Positions 1-9,784 of a stretch of 24,095 nucleotides of DNA are shown in pieces. The notes under the pieces are model-generated. The model worked only from the letters and a program-made list of their open reading frames with translations, did no database searches and had not been told where the DNA came from. The position numbers and the translations under genes are program-made. The DNA lies in the NCBI GenBank assembly GCA_041742355.1, contig JBGSIV010000107.1, positions 1 through 24,095 on the forward strand. Reading direction: 5' to 3'. Positions within the stretch are counted from its first letter, which is position 1. Each line of letters starts with the position of its first letter. The DNA comes from Candidatus Zixiibacteriota bacterium. GTDB taxonomy: Bacteria > Zixibacteria > MSB-5A5 > GN15 > FEB-12.

Positions 1-853
1 CGAGGTCGGCGGCCTCACGAGTGGTAGTGGCCAGAAGGCGCACGTTCAGACGGCTCGATTCGCCGGGCAGGGTGAAGGTGCGGGTGAATTCGGCCAGTCT
101 TTCCTGCACCGATAGAGGGAGTTCATCGATATTCTCAAGCAGGAGAGTGCTCCGGTCGGCCTGGCGCAGGAGGCCGGGGCGGTCGGAGTTGGGGGAGCCG
201 AACAGCTCGGGGGTGAGAATCGGCTCGGGCGCGGCGCAGTCGGCAATGATGAGCGCGCGGTCGCGGCGGTTGGAGTGGTGGTGCAGGATGCGCGCGCAGA
301 GAGTCTTCCCGCAGCCCTCGGGACCAGTGATGAGGACCGGGATATCGGTGGCGGCGAGGCGCCCGATCGTCTCGCGCAGATCGGTGGCCGCTTTGGAAAT
401 CCCGATGAAATTGTCGAAGCTGTAGTTCATGGCCACATGTTCGCGCACAGCGGTGAGGTTGACCTTGAGGTCGCGGTGTTCGATCGCGCGGCGGGCCCGG
501 GCGAGCATGGTGTCGGTCGGGGGCACGTCGGGGAGGCAGTCGAAAGCGCCGGCATTGATGGCCTCGGCGACCTGGGTGGTTGAGGCGCCCGGAATGATCA
601 GGAGGATCTCGACCGAAGGGTCGGCGCGACGCACGCGGCGGACGAGCTCCGGCGCGGGGGGCATGGTCGAGTCGCAGTGAATCAGAAAGAGATGGATATC
701 GTTCTTCGCGAGAATCTCAAGGGCGGACTCAAGCGAGTTGGTTTCGGTCATGACGAACGGTTCATCGGCTGCGGTCAGGGAGAGGGACCGGCGTTCCGAC
801 TGGGCCGGATCCAGCAGCAGTATGCGGGCCGTTTTCGGGTGGACGGTAATCAT
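1..853 (-). CDS. NtrC-like sigma-54 enhancer-binding protein homolog (receiver + AAA+) with degenerate motifs; truncated by window start
   Basis: Not in the ORF track; translated by hand from ATG at 853 (RBS CAGGAG, ATGA overlap with the upstream stop). Reads MITVHPKTARILLLDPAQSERRSL...AINAGAFDCL...NYSFDNFIGISKAATDLRETIGRLAATDIPVLITGPEGCGKTLCARILHHHSNRRDRALIIADCAA...ELFG...GLLRQADRSTLLLENIDELPLSVQ...LNVRLLATT, collinear with NtrC-family proteins. Open for 284 codons to the window edge. Confidence 0.9.
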   Translation of the reverse strand, partial: MITVHPKTARILLLDPAQSERRSLSLTAADEPFVMTETNSLESALEILAKNDIHLFLIHCDSTMPPAPELVRRVRRADPSVEILLIIPGASTTQVAEAINAGAFDCLPDVPPTDTMLARARRAIEHRDLKVNLTAVREHVAMNYSFDNFIGISKAATDLRETIGRLAATDIPVLITGPEGCGKTLCARILHHHSNRRDRALIIADCAAPEPILTPELFGSPNSDRPGLLRQADRSTLLLENIDELPLSVQERLAEFTRTFTLPGESSRLNVRLLATTTREAADL

Positions 854-2238
854 GCCTGTATCTCCTGGGGGCAAACGGTTACGCGGGTACGGATGGCATT
901 GGACTCGAGGAGCAGCTTCCGGTGGAGGGGGGCGCCGAGGCGGGCGGCCAGTTTGTCCGTCTCCTGGTGCCAGAGGCGTTCGAGTTCGGCGACGCGGATC
1001 GCGCCGGGGATCTCGGTGGTGAAGTCGATATGGAGAGAGTTACCGTTCGGTTCGATGTCGACCGACGTGGGACCGACGCGGCCGGGTGCGGTGCGGTGCA
1101 GTTCGAGGATCGATTCGAACAGGAGCAACCAGGCATCGCGGGGCGCGGTCTGCGTCATGTCGGCGGAGATTTCGTCTGCATGCATAAGGACACCGCGGTC
1201 GCCCAGTTGCGCGAGGCGGTCGACCGCCTGTTCCAACTGGAAGAGCACATTGACAGGTTCGGTTTCCAGGCGGTCGAAGTTGGCCAGCATCTGGTAGCGG
1301 GCCAGGCGGCGGGAGATCTGACGCCCGGTGTGCGCGATCTGTCCGGCGAGGGACTGGATCTCTTCGACCGCGATCGTGTCGCCGTGGGTATGGAGATATT
1401 CGGCCGACGACGTGATGCCGGCCATATCGCCAAGGAGGGATTCCACGAGCGGCGTGTGAAGTCTCACGGGAGTCGACGCCTTCGCCGCGGGGATGAACGT
1501 CAGGCAGGCGATGTGCAGGCAGCCGCCCGCGAGGTTTTCCATTTTCATGCGATGGCGGCGCACCATCGGACGCAGCAGGTGTTCGATCGTCCCGTACTCA
1601 CGTGATACGAAATCAAAGGGCGGCTTGTTGACCGCGTCGCAGATCGCCTGATCGACATGGAGGATGCGGCCGCAGGCCCGGTTGACGAGAATTCGTGCGG
1701 AGCCGTCAGGCGCGGATTTGAGCGAGTCGCCGAGGAGCCGTACCGACTGCCGGGCGGCGCGGAAAGAGCCGATCACCTGCTCGAAACGATTCTCCAGCAA
1801 ATGCTTATCGGTCGGGCTGTCGGGCCCGAACATCCCCAGCACGAGGGGCTTGCCATTCACCGCGCCAACCACGCCGGTGCAGACGCGGCTCTGGCCGTTC
1901 CCGCGGCCGTCGGCCGGGCTGAAGCGGTGCGAGAAGACAGCGTCGCCGCCGAGCGTGATGGTATCGTCGATCAGGTCAACAGGAAACAGACTGATTTCGG
2001 CGGGATGCAGGTACTCACTCCCGAGCACGAGGAAGGTCAGCGCGTTGTCGGGTGCGAGGCTGTCGAGGTATTCCTTCTCGCGCGTGGAGAGCCAGCCGCG
2101 CAGTTCGATACCGAGCAGCAGCGATGCGGCGCGAACGGTGGCGGTGTCATCCGATGCGGCAGCGGGAGGATGGTTCGATCCGAAACGGTGCGTGACGTCG
2201 GCGTGGAACCGTTTCAGGGTGGTGTCGGATGCGATCAT
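850..2238 (-). CDS. Degenerate sensor histidine kinase-like protein (N-terminal sensor region, PAS-like, DHp-like, HATPase-like); probable pseudokinase, 462 aa
   Basis: ATG at 2238 has RBS AGAGGA (preferred over GTG 2259). PAS-like ARILVNRACGRILHVDQAICDAVN; DHp-like LVESLLGDMAGITSSAEYL...EEIQSLAGQIAHTGRQISRRLARY; LETEPVNV linker; HATPase-like tail KLAARLGAPLH...ESNAIRTRVTVCP. Directly upstream of and coupled to an NtrC-like gene. Confidence 0.75.
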   Translation of the reverse strand: MIASDTTLKRFHADVTHRFGSNHPPAAASDDTATVRAASLLLGIELRGWLSTREKEYLDSLAPDNALTFLVLGSEYLHPAEISLFPVDLIDDTITLGGDAVFSHRFSPADGRGNGQSRVCTGVVGAVNGKPLVLGMFGPDSPTDKHLLENRFEQVIGSFRAARQSVRLLGDSLKSAPDGSARILVNRACGRILHVDQAICDAVNKPPFDFVSREYGTIEHLLRPMVRRHRMKMENLAGGCLHIACLTFIPAAKASTPVRLHTPLVESLLGDMAGITSSAEYLHTHGDTIAVEEIQSLAGQIAHTGRQISRRLARYQMLANFDRLETEPVNVLFQLEQAVDRLAQLGDRGVLMHADEISADMTQTAPRDAWLLLFESILELHRTAPGRVGPTSVDIEPNGNSLHIDFTTEIPGAIRVAELERLWHQETDKLAARLGAPLHRKLLLESNAIRTRVTVCPQEIQA

Positions 2239-2278
2239 GTTTACGTTCCTCTGTTTCACATTGAATCATCTGCTAGAG

Positions 2279-2306
2279 GTATCGGCAGGGGGGGCAAGGA
2301 CTTTAG
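2279..2306 (-). promoter_or_regulatory. sigma-28 (FliA/SigD)-type promoter
   Basis: Minus strand reads cTAAA-gtccttgccccccct (15 nt)-GCCGATAC, matching consensus TAAA-N15-GCCGATAA with one mismatch, 40 nt upstream of the ATG at 2238. Confidence 0.8.
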
Positions 2307-2361
2307 GGGTGGGGCCGCTTGTCGCAGGATGAAACCCGGAGGAATGTTCCAGTCGGGGATG

Positions 2362-2399
2362 ATTCAAATAGAGCGGCCCGCGGGTGAGGCCGCGGGCCG
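2362..2399 (-). terminator. Probable intrinsic terminator of the beta-propeller/dockerin gene
   Basis: Perfect 10-bp stem CGGCCCGCGG (2374-2383)/CCGCGGGCCG (2390-2399) with a 6-nt loop, followed on the minus strand by CTCTATTTGAAT (weak U tract). Confidence 0.6.
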
Positions 2400-2441
2400 A
2401 TAGTCAGCGCGTCAGTGTCAGCGCGAAATCTCGATCCAGAT

Positions 2442-4805
2442 CTACGGGCACGAGACAGGGGCAGGGCCTCCCTTGAAGAGGGCTGCGACGAGGTAGGTCA
2501 GGTCGGCGATATTGGTCTTGCCGTCGCCGGTGACATCGCCGTGCTCAAGGCAGTCGGGGTCTGGTCCGCCCTTGAAGAGCTTGGCGACGAGGAAGGTGAG
2601 ATCGGCGATGTTCATCTTGCCGTCGCCGGTGAGTTCGCCGCGCATGGTGCAGCAAGACTCGGACCAGACAGCGAGGCTACCGGCGGGTTTGCCACCGGCA
2701 ATGGAGAATCGTCCGCCGACGACGAGACCCTGATTATACTCAGTGAGCGCACCGACCCAGTCGTTGGTTCCCGATCCGAGCTGCGACCAGGTGGAGCCGT
2801 CCCATGCCGCTATGTGATTGGGGGTTGTGTCGGTGTCGGCTTGAAACCAGCCGCCAACAAACAAGTGCCCAGCATGTACGCCTAAGCTGCTCACAGAACC
2901 GGGAGCACCCTGTCCCAGCGGTTCCCAGGATGATCCGTTCCAGGCAGCGACGAATTGCAGACCGGATCCGTTGAATGTGCCCCCCGCAATCAAAGCGCCT
3001 CCGTATTCGGACAGAGCGTACACATTCTGATTCAAAGCTGAACCGACAGGGGCCCAAACGGAGCCGTTCCAGGCGGCTATATTGGCGACGTTGTAGCCAC
3101 CGGCATTAGAGAAGTATCCGGCAGCGATCAGGAGAGAGTCGTATGCGGTGAGAGCAAACACGACCGGGTTGCCTCCGCCTCCTGATATGCCCAGGCCGAG
3201 GGTAGACCAGGTCGTGTCGTTCCACGCGGCGATGTGGTTCGCGCCGGACCCACCGGCGGTGATAAAGTATCCACCGGCGATCAGTTTGTCATCGTAGACG
3301 GTAAGAGCGGCGATTGCATCGTTCGTTCCAGCGCCAAGGGGGGACCAGACATTGCCGTTCCAGGCGGCGATGTGGTTGGCGTCGACCCCGCCGGCGTCGG
3401 TGAAATCCCCTCCCACAATCAGGCGGCCATTGTAGACCGTCAAGGCCCTGACGTACCCGGTGATACCGGAGCCGAGGGCGGACCAGGTCGAACCGTTCCA
3501 GGCGGCGATGGACATGGCGCTCTGACCGCCAATGTTCGTAAACCGACCTGCAGCAATCAAAAGGCCGTCATAGACGGTTACAGCTTCGACATATCCGTCC
3601 ATCCCGGTCCCGAGTGACAACCAGCCCGAGCCGTCCCACGTGGCGATGTAGTTGGCGATAGACTCGCCGGCCTGACTGAAGTAGCCCCCGGCCACGAGCG
3701 ATCCGTTGAAGGGCGAGAGGATCACGACCGCGTTGTTCGTGCCCGTGCCAAGTGCCATCCAGTCGGACCCGCTCCAGGACGCAAGCTGGTTGAGGAGTGT
3801 CCCGGACCCGGAGTGGCTGAAGTAACCGCCGGCAATCAACTGGTCCTCGTAGACGGTCAAGGCCATGGGGGCATCATTCAGGCCGGATCCGAGCGGAGTC
3901 CATGAGGAGCCGTCCCACGCGGCAATGTTGTTGGCGATCGAATCACCGGCGGTGGTGAAAGATCCCCCGGCTATCAGGCGGGTGTTGAAAACGGCAAAGG
4001 ACCACAAAGGGCCGTCGGTTCCCGATCCGAGCGCAGACCAGCCTGATCCGTCCCAGGCCGCAATGTAATTTGCACCGGAGCCGCCGGCCTCTGCGAACAC
4101 ACCTCCGACGATCAGGCGTCCATCGTACACAGTCATGGCATATACTTCGGCGCTCAAACCGGTGCCGAGGGGGGACCATGCCGAGCCATCCCACGAAGCG
4201 ATGAAATTCACGGGGACATCGCCGGCATTCGTGAAGTAGCCGGCCGCGATCAGCTTGCCATCGTACGTTGTAAGGGCCAGAGTGCCGTCGTCAAGGGCGG
4301 GTCCGACTCCGACCCAGGTGGAACCGTTCCAGGCGGCCAGTGACATCACTTCGGTACTGCCGTGGTTGGAGAACCACCCACCGGCGATGAGGCTGCCGTT
4401 ATGTACGGTCAGGCAGGTAATGTAACCGTCGACTCCCGATCCGAGGGAGGACCAGTTTGAACCGTCCCAGGCGCCGATGCGGTTGGCCACGATGCCGCCG
4501 GCAACCGTGAACTCGCCCGCCACGATCAGCTTGCCGTCATAGACGACGGCGGCCGAAGGCTGTGCGTTGAGCCCCGGAATATACTGAGATGCGCTATTAT
4601 CCCAATAGATGTCGTCGGGGTGGTCGGCGGGTGAATGAGGAGAGAAGAACGGGTTCTCATCAGCACGGTGGTCGACGGGGCGGAAGTCCTTAAGGGCGAG
4701 CAAATCCCGATCGCCGGACGAGCGGAAGGTTTGGGCGCTGCTGTCGGCGAACGTGATGCCTGCAATCAGCAGGCAAACGGCCAGGGTAAAGGCAAGTTGC
4801 TTCAT
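2442..4805 (-). CDS. Secreted tandem-repeat beta-propeller protein (14 repeats of about 46 aa, WxGxxWxxLG) with C-terminal dockerin-type-I-like domain, 787 aa
   Basis: ATG 4805 with RBS AAGGAG; signal peptide MKQLAFTLAVCLLIAGITFA. Repeats W[DN]GSxWSxLGxG...ALTVYxGxLIAGGxFxxAGxxxANxIAA. Tail CC..RGELTGDGKMNIADLTFLVAKLFKGGPDPDC...GDVTGDGKTNIADLTYLVAALFKGGPAPVSCP. Confidence 0.9.
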   Translation of the reverse strand: MKQLAFTLAVCLLIAGITFADSSAQTFRSSGDRDLLALKDFRPVDHRADENPFFSPHSPADHPDDIYWDNSASQYIPGLNAQPSAAVVYDGKLIVAGEFTVAGGIVANRIGAWDGSNWSSLGSGVDGYITCLTVHNGSLIAGGWFSNHGSTEVMSLAAWNGSTWVGVGPALDDGTLALTTYDGKLIAAGYFTNAGDVPVNFIASWDGSAWSPLGTGLSAEVYAMTVYDGRLIVGGVFAEAGGSGANYIAAWDGSGWSALGSGTDGPLWSFAVFNTRLIAGGSFTTAGDSIANNIAAWDGSSWTPLGSGLNDAPMALTVYEDQLIAGGYFSHSGSGTLLNQLASWSGSDWMALGTGTNNAVVILSPFNGSLVAGGYFSQAGESIANYIATWDGSGWLSLGTGMDGYVEAVTVYDGLLIAAGRFTNIGGQSAMSIAAWNGSTWSALGSGITGYVRALTVYNGRLIVGGDFTDAGGVDANHIAAWNGNVWSPLGAGTNDAIAALTVYDDKLIAGGYFITAGGSGANHIAAWNDTTWSTLGLGISGGGGNPVVFALTAYDSLLIAAGYFSNAGGYNVANIAAWNGSVWAPVGSALNQNVYALSEYGGALIAGGTFNGSGLQFVAAWNGSSWEPLGQGAPGSVSSLGVHAGHLFVGGWFQADTDTTPNHIAAWDGSTWSQLGSGTNDWVGALTEYNQGLVVGGRFSIAGGKPAGSLAVWSESCCTMRGELTGDGKMNIADLTFLVAKLFKGGPDPDCLEHGDVTGDGKTNIADLTYLVAALFKGGPAPVSCP
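2471..2640 (-). repeat. Internal 99-nt (33-aa) duplication forming the two halves of the dockerin-like module
   Basis: ccttgaagag...ccgtcgccggtga..tcgccg occurs at about 2471-2541 and 2570-2640. Confidence 0.85.
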
Positions 4806-4865
4806 GAGAACTCCTTGCGATATGATCTCCAATCCGAACGATTTCAGCCCTACTGCAGACGTCTA

Positions 4866-4894
4866 AGAATAGGGTTAGTGGATCAGAATGTCAA
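4866..4894 (-). promoter_or_regulatory. sigma-70 promoter for the beta-propeller gene
   Basis: Minus strand TTGACA-17 nt-TATTCT, 60 nt upstream of ATG 4805. Confidence 0.75.
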
Positions 4895-4998
4895 GGTTGG
4901 ACGTAGCTCAGTGGTTGCGGGACAACCGAATGGAGCGTATCTGCGGCCCCCATCGTGACGCCAGTTCAACTTGTGGATCGAGCTTCGAGGAGGATACG

Positions 4999-5018
4999 TG
5001 ACACGCGATGACACGCGA
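4999..5018. repeat. Perfect tandem 10-bp direct repeat TGACACGCGA x2 between divergent promoters
   Basis: TGACACGCGA at 4999-5008 and 5009-5018. Confidence 0.6.
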
Positions 5019-5039
5019 AGTTTTTGCTTCTATAAGTTC

Positions 5040-5068
5040 TTGACAGGCTCTGGCGGCGGGCGTATGTT
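5040..5068 (+). promoter_or_regulatory. sigma-70 promoter for kdsB-pyrG
   Basis: TTGACA (5040-5045)-17 nt-TATGTT (5063-5068), preceded by an AT-rich UP-like tract. Confidence 0.75.
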
Positions 5069-5188
5069 CACACATGCCGCTCAGAAATCCTCAGAAATTG
5101 AAATGTCACCGCAACACAAGGCCGTTCTCTCCCAATGAAACAGTGCTCCCGGTCGTTTTGGAAATGAAGCCGGCGAGGATAGAGCATC

Positions 5189-7617
<2,429 letters not shown>

Positions 7618-7622
7618 CTTTC

Positions 7623-7666
7623 AGCACCGGCCTGTTGTGTGCAAGACCGGCCGGTGCTTTGTATTT
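7623..7666 (+). terminator. Possible intrinsic terminator after pyrG
   Basis: AGCACCGGCC (7623-7632)/GGCCGGTGCT (7649-7658) stem with a long 16-nt loop, followed by TTGTATTT. Confidence 0.5.
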
Positions 7667-7706
7667 ACACACAGTGAAATTCTCCCATCAGCACGATGGA
7701 GGGCCG

Positions 7707-8171
7707 ATGAAGCGGTTGCTCTTGGTACTGGCCGGACTGGCCGTGTGGGCGGGATGCAGTGAAGATCCGGTCGATTCGCGCACGCCGGAGGTGTTCCAGG
7801 GACTGATGGTGATGACGCCGCAGTTCAACTCCGATCCGATGGAGATCTATCCCGATTCCGTACCGGTGACTTTCACCGTGGAGGGAGCGCTATACGACCT
7901 GGTACAGGCGGAGGCGAGCCGGTTCGAGTTGTGTGACTCGCGCGGGACCGTGCAGGGGTTCGGGACAAACACCGCGACCCTGACGCCGACGGGACTGATA
8001 TCATCGGCGAACTGCGATTCGATCCACATTCCGAAAGGGACCTTCGCGGCGGTGTTTCGGGTGGACAGCCTGTACCTGGGGCCCAAGAAGGTGGGGTATG
8101 TGCTGAATGTGAACGGGACGCCGACCGTGGATTCGATGACGTTCTATTTCAAGCTGCGGCAGGTGCAGTAA
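7707..8171 (+). CDS. Predicted lipoprotein of unknown function, 154 aa
   Basis: RBS GGAGG, then MKRLLLVLAGLAVWAG-C lipobox; beta-rich mature part with two further Cys. The ORF-track start at 7107 overlaps pyrG and is rejected. Confidence 0.85.
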   Translation: MKRLLLVLAGLAVWAGCSEDPVDSRTPEVFQGLMVMTPQFNSDPMEIYPDSVPVTFTVEGALYDLVQAEASRFELCDSRGTVQGFGTNTATLTPTGLISSANCDSIHIPKGTFAAVFRVDSLYLGPKKVGYVLNVNGTPTVDSMTFYFKLRQVQ

Positions 8172-8216
8172 GGGAACAATCGGACGCTCCGTTCCGATTC
8201 GGGACAACATTGAGTG

Positions 8217-8259
8217 GAAAACAGAGCGGGCGGGTCGAGTGACCCGCCCGAAGTTGTTT
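8217..8259. terminator. Bidirectional terminator between convergent genes
   Basis: CGGGCGGGTC-GAGT-GACCCGCCCG (8227-8250), followed by AAGTTGTTT on + and CTCTGTTTT on -. Confidence 0.65.
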
Positions 8260-8306
8260 GTGGTCCGCAGACGAGATCGTGCGGTTTCGTTGCCGGGTGC
8301 CATGGC

Positions 8307-9566
8307 TCAGTCTTTGGAGGGAGCGGGCGCCTCGGGTTGTATCTTCTCCTTGACGGCCTCAAGCTCGGCCGAGATCCGGGCGAGTTCGTCCTCGAGGCGC
8401 TTCCGATTGAACGATTCGGATTCGAGGCGTTCCGCGTCGGGATCGAAGGGGGCCGACGATATGTCGGCAGAGCCGGAGAGAGGAGTCGGGGCGCTGACAG
8501 TTGTGTAGGCGGTGGGGAAGAAGACTTCGCTTAACTGCACGTCGTACACAACAGCTGAAGTGGTACCAGTCCTTGAGCCCAGGACGTAGTAGGCCTGCGA
8601 TCCGGCGGAAATGGGGAAAATCGCCTGAGTCGCGAGCGGAAATTCGTAGATAGCCGACGGCATAATCGAAGGAAGGGAAATTCTGCTCATGGTCGAGTTG
8701 ACGTAACTGGACATGTCGTCAGAGAGGCCAAGTATACATGTGCTCTGTGTGCCGTTGGTGTGCAGGATTGACGCATGGGCGGTGGCGATCACCAGCACAT
8801 ATCCATCGGTCGGGGCAGTCATGGTCCGGCCAGCCAGAAACTGGGGCGTGCCGGTCAGGGTTACAGACGCGGTGTTGTCGCTGCCGACACCTGGTTCATC
8901 GAGCATCTCGCTCGCCTGGATGGCATTGGAGGGGAGAACTACCGATGCTGAGCCGCTTTCCGAGAGATCGAACCAGGCTAACCGATCGGGTCCCCAGAGG
9001 CCGAGGTAGGGCTGGCCACTTATGGACATACCCCAGTAGCCGTCGCCCCTCGCAATACTGATGTTTCCCGGGCTTCCCGGGGAGGCATTCAGGCTGACTT
9101 TGAGTTCGTCATACGTGACGTCCCTGAGTGTTACTGATCCGGTGACATCTCCGCCCGACGCACCGTCGAGCGTGCCAACCCGCCGGGCGTAACCCACGGA
9201 GGCAACCGGTATGCGGGGAGAGAGACCTTGAGGACCGACGTGAATGGCCAGGTACAGCGAGTCGTATTTGGTGAAGACTGAGTCGGGAATAGGGGTGATG
9301 CTCCCGAGCTGGTGAGTGAACAGCCCGGAGGTCGTGGTAAGCGGGGTGAATTCGTCCCACAGGATAGTTCCAGCAACGGGATGGTCCCAGAGCTGGAAAC
9401 GAAACGAGTACTCACCGTCGGGAAGTGGGGTCCCCAGTTCATCGGTGGCCATGCCCTGGTAGCTCATAGTTTTCGGAACGTTAGCAAAAGCTGAGATGAC
9501 ACCGGTGAGCAGAATGCCACTGAGGATCAGGGAGAGGATGTCTAGTCGGCAACGGAACAGTTTCAT
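8307..9566 (-). CDS. Secreted fiber-like protein with conserved N-terminal VP..MSYQG module and C-terminal coiled coil, 419 aa
   Basis: ATG 9566 preceded by AAAGG; signal peptide ...LLTGVISAFA. N-terminal VPKTMSYQGMATDELGTPLPDGEYSFRFQLWD...GLFTHQLGS...LYLAIHVG...LSPRIPVASVGYA; heptad tail RLEDELARISAELEAVKEKI. Confidence 0.75.
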   Translation of the reverse strand: MKLFRCRLDILSLILSGILLTGVISAFANVPKTMSYQGMATDELGTPLPDGEYSFRFQLWDHPVAGTILWDEFTPLTTTSGLFTHQLGSITPIPDSVFTKYDSLYLAIHVGPQGLSPRIPVASVGYARRVGTLDGASGGDVTGSVTLRDVTYDELKVSLNASPGSPGNISIARGDGYWGMSISGQPYLGLWGPDRLAWFDLSESGSASVVLPSNAIQASEMLDEPGVGSDNTASVTLTGTPQFLAGRTMTAPTDGYVLVIATAHASILHTNGTQSTCILGLSDDMSSYVNSTMSRISLPSIMPSAIYEFPLATQAIFPISAGSQAYYVLGSRTGTTSAVVYDVQLSEVFFPTAYTTVSAPTPLSGSADISSAPFDPDAERLESESFNRKRLEDELARISAELEAVKEKIQPEAPAPSKD

Positions 9567-9721
9567 AGCGCCCGCCTTTCCTGCGGTATATGTATGATCT
9601 TGTTTACCTTGCGTCGCCAAGAGACCCGTAAGACCCTGCGGGTCAACTCATACAATATAACTCCTTTTTGAAAATGCGGGTGGAAAAAGTGGAGAGTCGA
9701 GGCGACGAAAAAGCGAAATCG

Positions 9722-9742
9722 GAAGCCGAATTTGGCGGCTTC
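9722..9742 (-). terminator. Weak hairpin, possible terminator of the GT-C gene
   Basis: GAAGCCG-7 nt-CGGCTTC, followed on the minus strand by CGATTTCGCTTTTT. Confidence 0.35.
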
Positions 9743-9784
9743 AGTGAAATGGCGGGAAAACCAGGATCCGGTGACCACGCCAAT

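Noticed and set aside
1..2238. Calling the two-component-like pair pseudogenes
   Set aside because: No stops or frameshifts over more than 2.2 kb, host-like codon usage, and intact RBSs, coupling and promoter.
21..2403. Plus-strand ORFs over the two-component-like pair, and other long antisense ORFs (e.g. 6589-7548, 14134-15072, 15524-16696, 16212-17564, 23127-23837)
   Set aside because: Shadow frames of high-GC genes; no motifs or RBS, and each fully overlaps a well-supported gene.
2442..4805. Diversity-generating retroelement target
   Set aside because: No reverse transcriptase and no near-identical TR/VR pair differing only at adenines; repeat divergence is ordinary.
4898..4970. tRNA-like start GGACGTAGCTCAGTGGTT
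   Set aside because: No closing D-stem (GAGC) at the right distance, no anticodon arm, and no proper T-arm or acceptor pairing.
9590..9650. c-di-GMP-I riboswitch-like GACGCAA and GACCCG hairpin upstream of the fiber-like gene
   Set aside because: Lacks the GGCAAAC...GAAA P2 stem and receptor; only a simple hairpin is present.
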